Assembly: GCA_001949185.1 (NCBI GenBank)
Contig: BDGG01000007.1
Coordinates: 1,198,730-1,262,729, forward strand
Source of the DNA: Ramazzottius varieornatus
Taxonomy: Eukaryota; Animalia; Tardigrada
Direction of reading: 5' to 3'
Length of the DNA: 64,000 nucleotides
Shown piece by piece: positions 1 to 11,548 of the stretch (positions are counted from its first letter, which is position 1; every line of letters starts with the position of its first letter). Made by a program: the position numbers and the translations under genes. The notes under the pieces were generated by a model, which had not been told where the DNA came from, made no database searches, and was given only the letters and a program-made list of their open reading frames with translations.

Positions 1-1250
1 ATAGCATTCACCTTCAAGCCACAGCACTTGACTTTTTCGGAGGTAAGAACGAAGAACGAAGAAAGCGGGTTTAGCTCTCGTTGAAACTGATGACAAAAGT
101 TCAATATTTAACAGAGGCACTGCACGATCAAAATCCACAACGAGCGAGAGTACGTTGTCAGGCTGTGCGGCAAAGGCTGTTCATTGAAACACTTCGTGAA
201 GACGGCGCCAACAGTTGAGCCTTCCATCCAGCCGGTGGTTGACTGGCTTCTTCCCGAAACCAACGTAGGCAGGCCTTTATGGCCAATCATCCTCATTGCG
301 CTAAACTCTGTTTCATCTACCGAAGGGTGGTACTTTTAGCCTCCTGGCCAACCCATCCAACAGTTTTCATGGATTCTTTTACGGTTATAGTTCTTAGTTC
401 GCGAGGCGGGTCAACTTGGCCGTTTTAGAAAGTTAAGATCAGCTTTCGATCATCCCGTTACGGGGGAAGATCAGCTGATCGGATCTCTGATCCTCAGTAT
501 GTACGATCCACCACACAGTCGTACGCGTGAATCCGTCCCGGGTAGTGAGCACGCGGCAGACCGGACAATCAACGGTCAGCTGCCAATCAGTCGAGCATGA
601 ATGTGCAGTATCACACACGGTTAGCCTAGCGTGTCATTGATTACCTGATTATGTACTCATGGCGCAGATTTGTTCGACTGCTTGGCAGCTGACCGTTGAT
701 TGGCCGGTCTGCCGCGTGCTCACTACCCGGGACGGATTCACGCGTACGACTGTGTGGTGGATCGTACATACTGAGGATCAGAGATCCGATCAGCTGATCT
801 TCCCCCGTAACGGGATGATCGAAAGCTGATCTTAACTTTCTAAAACGGCCAAGTTGACCCGTCTCGCGAACGAAGAACTATAACCGTAAAAGAATCCCTG
901 AAAACTGTTGGATGGGTTGGCCAGGAGGCTAAAAGTACCACCCATCGGTAGATGAAACAGAGCTTACATATCCATGAATCGGAATTCTGACAACTTGTTG
1001 GGTCGATTGCAGATGCTACAGATATCGACAACGCAACTGGACTTTGGCTTTGCTCCGCTCTTCAGTCTCAACCAACGCGTCATTTTCGTCCAGAACGTCT
1101 GCAAGGAAGCTATCCGCTTCAGATGGCACGATGTACCCGAAGCACAAACGTCCATTGATGTACGTAGACATGAATGACATGAAGGAATCGAAGTGAATTC
1201 TGCACGCTGGCACCAAGCTCTACACTGATGAGCCCCTTTTTCTACAGTTT
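1..1250 (-). pseudogene. PB2-like endogenous viral relic, split by the 302-966 foldback insertion
   Basis: ORF 1016-1216 SFMSTYINGR..FLADVLDEN ~ PB2 CHSTQIGGIRMVDILRQN; ORF 964-1155 VVDICS ~ AVDICK. Past the insertion, ORF 108-296 MIGHKG..LVSGRSQS..STVGAVFTK ~ [23 protein letters not shown]. Order is colinear. Confidence 0.55.
302..966. mobile_element. Foldback/MITE-like element with ~290 bp near-perfect inverted arms
   Basis: 302-594 is the reverse complement of 674-966 with few mismatches; 79 bp spacer; TA at both outer ends; no coding capacity. Confidence 0.9.
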
Positions 1251-1320
1251 GTACTTGCAGAGAATTGCCATTGAGCCCAAAATGGGTCTTCTGTGACCGG
1301 GTGAAACGGCCGTCTTTGCA

Positions 1321-2947
1321 GTGTCATGGGACGCCCACAACGAGTCCTCCCATTTCACCCACACCTTCGCGCTTCACTTTACCCAAGACGCTGCCATGGC
1401 ATCATACCTCAACTGGCTTCACACCTGGATGGCTCAAGTGCGAGAACGATGTCTCAACTTTACCATCACGGAGGAGAACCCAACCGCCGCGCAAGACATC
1501 CGCACCGCTTTCGAGTACATTGAGGCACTACATCCCAATCCTTGTCCCGCGTTGCCCAACACCAAGTCAAAGACAGACGGCCTTTCCAGTAATTTTACCA
1601 TTCTTGAATCAAAATTTTGCTGACCTGATCTAACAAAATTTGCTAAAATTTAGTGGTAGAATTCGGCAGCACAGTTGATTAGCGTATTGTGTGTGTGTTC
1701 TAATTGTTCGCAGGTGGAACGCCCTTGTCATATCCTTCTCCAACGTTGCCGGCTGGACCATTTACCGGCAGTTATCCATGTCCAGCGCCCTCATCCAAGC
1801 CTTCGGCCACCTCCCTCCAAGCGGACCCTCTTTCTCCAGTCTTCCAGCATCTTCTGTCCCTCCTTCAGTCGCGTCCAGACGTCAAAGTCCCACCTTTGCA
1901 GCCCGAACCACCCATCCACCGCATACATTTCAGCGTAGCCGGACACAGTATCGAGCGATCCCACTTTGCCAAAGCCTTCCCCAATAAGTCCGCCAACTTT
2001 TTCTTCCGCAGCGACGAGCGACGAGACTTGCCGGCCGACAAACCCGCCATTGTCTCGCCGCAATACAGCGCCATCGCCACTGGGTATTTGTCCAAAGTCG
2101 TTCATTCGATTCTGAACGAGAACTTCAAGGATGATGTCCAAGAAGTATTGAATGTATCGCACAGTTTGTATTATGCCGATATGCTGGAAAAGTCGACAGC
2201 GGACGCTAAACTCATGGGAGAGGAAGCGGAATTAGATTCCGTAGGAAATTACGATGAGGGTGGTGAAGATAGCAGGAAGAACCGTACGGCAACCAGACCG
2301 AAGAGAAGCGAGGATGACGAGGAACCAACTGCGATCTATGCCGTGTCACCAAGAGTCACACTGAATCGTCAAGCCAACCAGGAAGCGGCTGGCGATCAAG
2401 AGAATACCCGACGACATGAACTGACCAAGCCAACTTTATCGCAGTTACTGGACTGTGCGGAAAACCAGGAAGAGGCAATGAAAGTCATACAGTCACATCA
2501 CAACTCTCAATCCCATGTCTTAGGGTATGAAGCGAGTGCAGAAAAGTGTGCAAGATATTATACTAGCCATGATGTACAGTGCACGACAAAATAAGCTTTT
2601 GAAAATGGGCGAAGTGGCTTAAACGCAAGTAACGAATCAAAAACGCAACCGGTCAAATGCTCAGACTCGATTGGCTGTAGCCATCTGGCTGTCGTTGACA
2701 CCCATTTTCAAGAGCTTATCTTGTCGTGCACTGTAATGTAAGCTATGAATTAAACCATGGTCTTTCTTTTACTAAAATTTGGTTTTGCTGCAGGAGTACG
2801 ATATACCAGCTGGTTGCGCGAGACCTCTTCCATGATATCATTGCCAGCGTCCTAAAAGACTGTCGCAACTACACTTTCAGCTTATTTGAGAAACCACGTC
2901 TGCAACTTGAGGATAGTCAACTGGACAAAACAGCAACAAGCCTGTAG
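1321..2947 (+). pseudogene. Unknown multi-exon gene or pseudogene, possibly TE-associated
   Basis: Coding-like ORFs 1321-1623, 1704-2594 (296 aa) and 2795-2947 with AG acceptors near 1713 and 2793; apparent frameshift near 1800; no recognised domain. Confidence 0.3.
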
Positions 2948-3949
2948 AAACATGTCCATTCCATAAAGCGAATGGTGCCAACCATATTTAAAAACTGCCA
3001 AAAGAACTTCTCCATCTGTGTTTCCGCTGTAACAAAGAATGTCGGGAAGGTTTCTTCCGTCGAATAAATCTTTTATCAAAATTGATAAACGCCGAGTGAG
3101 CCGGCGGTCTCTTGACTTCCAACTGCCTCGAGTGGTGTATGGTCTTCTTGGCCAAGGCTGTCTGCAGTTTCTGCAGCGTTTTCTTAAGTTCCTCCAGCCG
3201 AGCTCGTTTCCCAGTCAAGTCGCCACCTGCGCCTTCCGCTACAGCCGGTGCGGCCGTAGTAGCATTGGTGGCGCTACCATTTCCAGGTATCTGTTGAGGG
3301 AACTCGCCGATAATCTGAGTAAACCACGTATCACTTCCTCAAGGCCTGCAAGAGAAAAATGCTAGGTGACGCACCAGCCCATGTTGAGACTGTCCATTTT
3401 GCGCGAGTTCGGCGAGTTGATCAAAGCCGTTGCCGCAGCGGAAAGATGTCCTTCCTACCTGGATTCGGCTAACTCCACCGACATAGAATGCCCAAAAGAT
3501 GCGGAAAGAGAACTCCCCTCTCACCTGCAGTGACGATGCAGAACCTGAAGCGGCAGACGTTCAGCTGGCAGCTTCAATGTCGAAAGAAGAATGGCCGGCC
3601 GTTGTAGACTTACCTTGGGTGAATCCAGAACACGCTTCACTAACAACGCTCTCCCAGCTGGATTCCTCTCCATTAGCAAACAGGCCAGTAAACCTGCCCA
3701 TCAACATGAGCACAGAACCACATTGATATGCAAAAGCTGAAACGTTCTAGAAGGATTACTTCAAAGGAGCGAGATAAAGCGACCGTTAAATCGAAGAAAA
3801 TGAAATTGCTTTTCGAGTTGAAATTCGTTCAACTCGCGCGGTGAGTTGATTGCCCAGCTTGATTGATCATCCACTGCGCTCAATCAAGCCATAACTCATT
3901 GATTGGAGCCAGTTCGCCCAAGCTTCGCCGCGTATTATCGTGACAGTGA

Positions 3950-5130
3950 CCAGTCGGAGCTGGCTCGCAGTAGAATGATGGATTTCAAACTTTCTGGGTA
4001 GGGAGTGCCAATCGGGACCACGTCCGCAGTCGCATGTACTGTAAATATTCGATGCTGTCGCCCAGTACGTACACGTACGTAACGATGCATCCCCGCAGAA
4101 GATTGCGCAAGCAGCGAAAGCGGACCGGGGTTGTTTTCACCTGTATAACAACGCACTGTGTGATAGCAGCGAATATTTACAGTATCTCGATAACTTCGGC
4201 GTTGCGCGGAAAAAAAGATATAGAAAACTGCTTTGACCATCGTCTTATTTCGTCTGACGGACAAGCATAATGTATTTGCAGGCTGCCTAGTCTTCGTCTC
4301 CATCACCGACCGTAAGGACTTCTTGTTTTAAATGATCAATCTTGGGGCGGATCGGGCTAAAGCTGCGAGCCAAGTCTGACAGACGCTGAAATCTGTCAGG
4401 TCTTCCAGTATGAGATTTTCGTTTTCCGAACGCTTAATTCAGAAACTTTTGTCACTGGTCTGAAGCGATATTTCGATCCGCTCCAATTTACTGGGCATAG
4501 TGCATGGTGTCGTCTTCCGTCTGAGAGTAAGGAAGCTCCGCTGTAGCCTTCTGGTCAGTTGCAGGAGCTGTTTCTGTCTGTGGCGCGATTTTGAAAATCT
4601 CGTCGTCTCTGTTGGAATTTTTTTCTGACAAAGACACTTCCATTACCGGCGCTTTTGCGAATCTGCGTTTCATGTCGAAACGTTCAACAACAAGGGATGT
4701 ACAGTATCGACTGTCCGTTCCAGCTTTGACAAAGCAGGCCCTGTTCGGAAAACTGCCAGGTGAGAAAAGAGAGCTAAAATACCTCACCTTCCTCAACAGC
4801 AAGTCTGTTCTTGCCGGGCGGAGCAGAATATTCAAAACCTCACACAATGGTTGCATACCCCGTGACACACTTGAAGATAGTATTGTTGTTTGCGCCCATC
4901 AACCATACGACCGAAGAAATGAGAAAAGTCATCATTCCACTAAATTCACGCACGTGGTTACCAACCACCTCGTTTTTACCAACTTTTTCTTTTGTAAACC
5001 CTGAAAAATTATTTTCTTTCTCTCATTACCTAGATTGGAAGCCCAAAGCTCCTGCCATAAAGACCCTGTTGCCGATGTGATGGTGTAGTTGACCGTGCGA
5101 AAAAAAACTCGTGAATGTTCGTGGTTAGAC
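3950..5130 (+). pseudogene. Possible PB2-like relic
   Basis: ORF 4591-5004 AFANLRFMSKRS ~ SFGGFTFKRTS, TLEDSIVVCA ~ [17 protein letters not shown] near 5110 ~ LTVNVRG. Weak. Confidence 0.3.
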
Positions 5131-5183
5131 ATGCTTCACTATAATTCGAAGATTCTTCCTGCGTTCCGTTTTCAACGCTTCGG

Positions 5184-6445
5184 ATGGATGGTGTTAGCAA
5201 GAAAAACGAGAAGATCTAGTTACTCCAGCTGAACCACAGCCGAACTTCAACAGTCGTGTCACGATTCCGGGATTTTGAATTCCGACCCTAAAAATAGCCT
5301 AAAAGACCTTATAACTTTGACTCGTCGTAATGAGTATGTTGGTTATATTCCGACACGAATAAACTCGTTATCACCCCGCAAACAACCTGACACTCGTAAT
5401 TTTTAAATGAAAGTAAAAAAGTAGATATCGCTTCTGCCAGACTTGTGGTTACGTCACGTCGGAAGTAAGGTGTTTTACGTGACCAGAGAAAGCCCACACA
5501 GAACACGCCGAATAAATTTCAGAGCTCGACGTCTACGTCTCTGAATTGCTGCGGCTAACAAACGAAGTACCGTGTACGATCTGCGATTTATAGATGGACT
5601 GCCTGCGAGAGGAGCAAAGTTTTTGATAAATCAGCGATGGCCGATCAGCCATGGCGCTGCGCAATAGCCAATGTGACAAACAGCTTGGTGTCTGTATGTG
5701 CTGCTCGTCATGTGGCCATCGGCTTGCAGTCGGGTCGATTTATCTGAGCGAATCCGGTTTCGCCTACGTAACGGCTCGATGGGTTCAGCGTACGCACACG
5801 AGCTAGCACACCGGTTTGAGTCGAGACGTCAGACCCAGTATTGCCGTTCCCCAGCTGTTTGTTACATTCGAAATTTCCAGCGCCATGGCTGGGGCCGTTG
5901 CTAGTGAAAAGTTTGGGAAGCGATTGCCGGACCAGGCAAGGTTGGTCATTCTTCTGCCACGTATGCAGATAATTACAGCCAAGACTTTTGCTGAGGCTTG
6001 TGAGGCATTGACGTATGAGTGAGTGAAGCAGTGATGTAAGCGAGTAAAGGGACGGAGAGGCACTGACGACACATTGATATCAAAAAGTGGGCAGTCCCGC
6101 AAGAGTCTTCGCTGTGTACATAATATTGTTATTTGCTTTACTCGTCTTAAATCACCAGCAAAAGAAAGCAGAGCCTTGTAGACAAGATGGAAAATTTGGC
6201 AAGAGAGCCTTAGAGAAAAAGGTAGATCAGGTAACAAGTAGCACAGATCGCTACAACAAACAACTATCGATATTCTCCTTACACCATTCAAAATTTCTCA
6301 CATCCAGTTTTGTTATGTAACGTCTAAAAGCAGATAGGCTAAGGCAGTCAGCTACAGAAGGGGAAAAAATGCGATCATTGACAAGAGAAGAAGCTACGTA
6401 TGCAAAGGAATCAGCAGAGACTTTCAAGATATCTTTCTCTTTCAG
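5184..6445 (+). pseudogene. PB2-like relic, N-terminal ~400 aa
   Basis: ATG at 5184; SDPKNSL..EY ~ QEKNPAL..KY; ESKKVDIASARLVV ~ [21 protein letters not shown] ~ TWWNRNG; LLVMWPSAC ~ MEVVFPNEV; IAVPQLFVTFEIS ~ [12 protein letters not shown]. Multiple stops and frameshifts. Confidence 0.65.
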
Positions 6446-7318
6446 CATCGTTGTGGGCTTCATCCTGAATCGATGGTCGCATCCGGCCCTCAGTGCTTGG
6501 TTCCTCGTGGTAGGTCTTTGTGAAGCTGACTCTTGCGGCGCTGCAATGCTTGGGAGGAAGTGTCCATCAAGAAAGTTATTAGCCCAGATCTTATACGCAT
6601 TAATAATCACTGTTTTGAATCTACGCTGCCACAAGTATTCCCACTGCACTTCAGCCAGGTTCTGACGGTACTGGCTGAAATCGCTATCGTGTTGCTTGTC
6701 CGGATCCTTACTCAACCTGATGCTCTTGGAGATATCTTTTTGGACTTACTCGAGCTGTTTTTGAAGAGTCTTTGATGAGGGATTCCAGACAGAAATTGCA
6801 TACTCAGCAACACTCCGAAAAAGACTCTTGAATAACATCTGTCTTGCAGCGCCCATCTGCACCGGGAAGAACGTCTTGATGGCATGGAGTCTTTTGCGGC
6901 ACTTGGAAGTTATCGCGTCAACGTGAGCAGTCCAACTCAGCCTCCTATCTACTATAACGCCCAGGCAGGTGGCTTGACTTACCGCAGGGATCTTTTCCTG
7001 GTTGATCGAGTAGCTATCGCCAGGCACGGCGATGCTTCCGCTTCGCTTGAAGGTAAACCGCATGTGCTGCGACTTGGTCGGGTTAAGGCTGAGGCCGGCT
7101 TTCGAAAAGTTCTCTCCCAGCTGGTCGAGGTTTGTTTGGAAGTTGAGGCAGTCTTCGGCACTACTCACCACTTGGTATATCACAACATCATCAGTGTACT
7201 GGTACATTGGACAATTGATCGAGCTTGACAGCTCATTGACAGCTAAAATGAAGAATAGTGGACCTAACACTGAAACCTGAGGAACTCCTAATACATACCG
7301 CTGGGCGACGAAGCACCT
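6445..7318 (-). mobile_element. 5'-truncated non-LTR retrotransposon (LINE) ORF2: RT C-terminal half and thumb region, degenerate
   Basis: GVPQVSVLGPLFF, YQYTDD (YADD motif), GLSLNPTKS, CLGVIVDRRLSWTAHV, EYAISVWNP..LE*VQ, then frameshifted YRQNLAEVQWEYLWQRR. Confidence 0.9.
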
Positions 7319-7319
7319 C

Positions 7320-7800
7320 CAACCTTATCTAATCGCGACGGTATGGTATGAAACGGTGACGGCGAGGGTATGACACGAGCTACCTTTCATCTTTATTAAC
7401 CGGTCTGGTTTCCAGTTTATGTACCGTTTTCAGATATACCGATGATACAACGACGTGCCAGCACTTTACGTTTTACAATACGAATTTTCGTGCAGCACAC
7501 AGCTGAATTTTGGCTTGATACGTAAGGAAGGTGGGCGAGAAAGATCCCCCGCTCTGCTCAACTATATTGACTAGAAGGCAGTGACATCTCACAAGATCTT
7601 GGCCAAATACTTGAAGACGTAAGCAAGCTTACCTCGGTGGACAACGGTAAGAAAGCAGATAACAACATTGATATTTGCAGGATGACAGCACACCTATTTG
7701 GACCCAAAGAAGAGACCATGATACCTTCCGAGACAGCAGGTAACATGCACACACAGTATACGCACTTGTCTTAATTGATAGCCAAAACAAACTGTTAGCC
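7320..7800 (+). pseudogene. PB2-like relic, mid region
   Basis: PYLIATVWYETVTARV*HELPF ~ [36 protein letters not shown] ~ [15 protein letters not shown]. Confidence 0.5.
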
Positions 7801-7859
7801 AGCGATTCCGGAACGACGGCTGCATGTTTCCATTATATTGTAGTCAGCCGTCTGATATG

Positions 7860-8170
7860 CAGAACCTGAACAGCAAAAGTAAACAAAGTTACCCAGGCTG
7901 CTTACCATGCCTAAGCACAGCTGATTACCTGTGCATTGATCACTTGATTACACGAGCAACAGCACGGTGTAACGTATGTTTTATGTAATTCTGAGCTGGT
8001 GCGTAGCATGCCCATCCGTGAACGTTCTCAAACTGAAACCGTCAAATCAGGTCGCACATTTTGAACGAGCGGACTGTAGTGGTGGCTTAGGCGTGCGGGA
8101 CCGCCGTTTCAGATTCTCTGATTCTGAAGGCACGCTTAATTCTGACGGCTTTGATGCCACAGCGTAAGGG
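7860..8170 (+). pseudogene. PB2-like relic, N-terminal fragment
   Basis: VKSGRTF*TSGL*WWLRRAGP (8041-8103) ~ [21 protein letters not shown]. Confidence 0.45.
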
Positions 8171-8196
8171 TCAGTGGCAAACATTAACAGACGAGC

Positions 8197-8779
8197 TTGC
8201 CTTGTTTGTACCCAACTTCAGAAGATGAGCACGTGACCAAAGAAACAATCCGCGGCACAGTGGAATGTCCGATCTGCACAGACATCATGTTGGATCCGCT
8301 CATACTTGAGTGTGGCCACTCCTTCTGCCTCCACTGTTGTGCACAAAACTGCAGTCGACGAAATTCCTTTACGCTGTTCTGCTGTCTATGCCGAAACGAC
8401 TCAACAAGTGAGCCTAATGCTAAGTATCGATTTGATATGGGGATGACTTTCTTATGTCTGTACTCCAGAAGCAGTAATCACAGCACGGAGTTTACAAGAG
8501 GTTATCCGGGCGATCTTTCCATCTGAACTAAGTCATCGCAAAACAAACCTGACTACTTCGGATCGCCAAGCTGTAGCTCGCTTGCTCGATAGCCATTCAA
8601 CACGTCGCAATGGTCAAACTGTCAATTTCGATAGAATTTGCGCAAAGTACGCGAAAGGACTTGCGTTGGCTGGCTTAGTCGTTTGTCTATTGTGGTATTA
8701 TCGTGAGATAATTTTGAGGTCTGCGCTCGCTTTTTCGCTCATTCTGTTGTTTCTGCGTTTTCTAGGAGTCTTTGGATAA
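8197..8779 (+). CDS. C3HC4 RING finger protein with C-terminal transmembrane segments (possibly a pseudogene)
   Basis: CPIC..LDPLILECGHSFCLHC..CCLCR; downstream ORF 8582-8779 has two hydrophobic helices; start and junction between the two ORFs unresolved. Confidence 0.6.
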
Positions 8780-9033
8780 TAGTTTCTTCAATCTGTAATT
8801 TGGTTAATAGTAGTTAGTACCTTGCTTAGTTGCAGTTTAAGGCATATTCCAGTTCTTTACTTGATCGAAATTTGACCAACTTCCATCGGCTGAGCGTGTC
8901 GAATTCCAAGTAGACTCGTAGAGTGTTTCTAGTGTTCGCATGACAACGGAGAAATATTGCTCACGACTAACCGTACAGTACCGAAAATGACGTGAGTCGT
9001 CTTAACGTTGCACCCAGGCTTTTTGCTTGAATA

Positions 9034-10498
9034 ATGGACGCCAGTTCCGCTTACCATTTTAGCAGTATCCATCGTTTCTTCACCGCCTGGATAAAGTTTG
9101 CGCGCCATAGACGGTCACAACGTCAGATAGTCGACGAGAAATGCAATCGGGATAATCAGATTGCGACCTTTGCTAGTCTGTTTGTAGAAAGACGGAAACA
9201 GCTGCAGGTGTCTGGCGCCGTCCTCATGAACTCAGACGCCGTCCACAAACCTCTCCATTCCGTTGCAGCAAAATCACCACTTTCTAAACCTCATCCTCCA
9301 CCTACATCCAAACCCAACCATTCCGTCATAAGACCGGCTATAAATGCCAACGATCCTGTTTTCCAACGTACGTTTGACCGATTGATTTTCCGATTTTCGA
9401 GTTCGAAAATGATAGTTGCTTGTACTTGACAACATTAATTGTAGTGGGCGCTTGACAGGATTTCAGCAGCGAGCTGAAGAACGCCATGCTCGACAGGAAG
9501 CCTTGCGCCGTCGACGAGAAGAGCAGCAGGCCGCCGAACACGCGGCTAAACGGTTAGAGGAAGAAAAAGCCATGCAAGCACAAGCTGAACAGAAAAGACA
9601 CGATGCAGCAGAAAGAAAAGCAAAACTAATCCAAGAGAAGAAAGCTCGAGAACAGAAGCTGGCTGCTGAGGCGGAAGAGCGGATAAAATGTGGCAGAGCC
9701 GATGAGTTCAGAAACTATAGCTTGATCAACTACTGGGGTCTTAGACCATGGAAGACACTGATGAATCAGCAGTCTAAAAAGCTGATATCAGCGCAGGAGC
9801 ATCACCGCAGGACACAAGCGAAGCGCTTTGTTACGGTTTGGAGAGAGCAAACACAGAACACGCTGATGGCTAAAGAAGAGGCTTTTCGAAAAGTGTTTGA
9901 CCGGCTGCTGAAACGGATCCTGTTCGACCACCTGCGGAAGGTGCTCCACTACCATAATGATACTTTGCTATGTACGTAAAATTGTTTTCGTAATTCTGGT
10001 TTTGATTTGTCGACAGATGAAAGATAAGAGCCCAAGGGATGCACAGTCCGAGCCTACAAAACTGATATTCCGGCGTTTCCAACAGCGTTCTTTTGTTCAG
10101 ACATGGAGGAATTTAGCAGTGATGTCACAGATCGAGAACCACATTGTGAGTCAGAAATGTGCCGCGATGATGACGAGGTAGGCTACGATCACGCCCACTC
10201 AGTAGGGGGGGGGGTTACCGGTATACTATACAGTAGCACTGAAAATAGGAATCTCAGCCTACCAATCTTTTAATTGAATTGCAGACTTTTCAAAGACATC
10301 TGTTTTGATCGATGGAAAAAGCTACCGGGGGTGCTGGAGCACGAGAGGCTCAGGAACCAGTACATGAAGACTTTTATGAGTATTGTCAAAAAGCAGCTTC
10401 GTGATTTTATACTGCCGGCTGAATTTATCGAAAACGGTACTTATGAAAGCCACAAACCAAAGGAGAGGTCGGCAGACTTCCAGATGTCAGTGGGTTGA
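9034..10498 (+). CDS. CCDC191: Coiled-coil domain-containing protein 191-like (4 exons)
   Basis: Exons ~9034-9368, 9459-9940, 10018-10177, 10284-10498; E/R/K-rich coiled coil, WGLRPWKTL motif and Sfi1-like F..W repeats. Confidence 0.65.
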
Positions 10499-10594
10499 TG
10501 GTGAATGCTGGAACCGCACATTTCATGCCCACATTATTACTAGATCGACGATAAAATCTGATACTTCCGTTCTCCACATCAAAAGCACACGATC

Positions 10595-10967
10595 TCATAG
10601 CATCGCAAAACACCGTCCCCGACGTCGTCCGTTGCCGTGGTTGGTGCATCTGCATGGAGCGTCGCACTTGTTCAAGTCCCCGGGTCCGCATGGTCTCATT
10701 GCGCACGTTGGCGCGAGACCCATCTTCATCCTTTCGTACGCTAGAATGAGAATAGCGTTCATGCAGTCATGGCTAGGCACAGCAAACTCAGTACGTCACA
10801 GTATGTCTGGGCCCAGTATGTCACGGTGGAAGAGTAAGCGGGTACTTACAGAGCTTGAGCGCTTTTGCCTGAAGAGCCGCGGCTTTCTTGTCCACTTTTG
10901 GTGTTTGGGAAAGAACCAGAGGTATCAAAGCACTGAAAAAAATCAGCAGTGAGAAATACACCGACAT
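10595..10967 (-). CDS. Small secreted cysteine-rich peptide, 87 aa, 2 exons
   Basis: Exon 1 10967-10850 (signal peptide, GTAAGT donor), exon 2 10740-10595 (TTCTAG acceptor), phase 1 compatible: MSVYFSLLIFFSALIPLVLSQTPKVDKKAAALQAKALKLSYERMKMGLAPTCAMRPCGPGDLNKCDAPCRCTNHGNGRRRGRCFAML*; TATAAA-like tract ~11030. Confidence 0.75.
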
Positions 10968-11039
10968 TGTAAGACTGTATACGCCTTGCTTACAGACAGC
11001 AATAAAGAACGCTGGGTCTTTCATACAGATTTATAAATA

Positions 11040-11520
11040 TCCCAGGAGAAGGCTACAACTAAATTAAAGTCGGGCGAAAATCAACTACCAGTACGCGTCG
11101 AAGAAGTATGGTCAACGATAAGCTTTTCTAAACTTTCACGGTCTCGATTTGTCTGGCTCTGTTCGATACACCGGTAAACACAGTCAACAGTCAACGGTTT
11201 TTCGCACAAGATATCCTTGAACCGAGAAGTCAAGTCGGAAACTTCTGTTTACAAAACGGCGCTAATTATCGGAAAGTGGGCACATAACAAAGAGGGGATG
11301 GCACAACATCTAAAATGATATGACAGCACGATGCGTTATAATTTGCTTTCGTCTCACAGAAAAAAAACTCATCCGACAACCGATTTTTTGCGTTGTAGTT
11401 GTTATTGCGCGTGTGGTAGAAACACAACTGATTCAACGGACCTGAACCACGATGAGCTTACCTGGCAATAACATTGCGTTCGAGTTCGTTTTAAGTTTAT
11501 GCTGTAATTATCTGTGATTG
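11040..11520 (+). pseudogene. PB2-like relic, N-terminal fragment
   Basis: SRAKINYQYASKKYG ~ ALRMKWMMAMKYP; VVVIARVVETQLIQRT* ~ [16 protein letters not shown]. Confidence 0.4.
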
Positions 11521-11548
11521 TTATTATTTTCTGTTGGTTTAACCTAAA

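Noticed and set aside
2988-3726. Minus-strand exon-like fragments with coiled-coil text
   Set aside because: In-frame stops and no recognisable domain.
8800-9020. Possible PB2-like mid fragment (LLSCSLRHIPVLYLI..GEILLTTN)
   Set aside because: Too short and weak to call by eye.
10383-10952. 189-aa plus-strand ORF
   Set aside because: Antisense shadow of the Cys-rich peptide gene and CCDC191 3' end.
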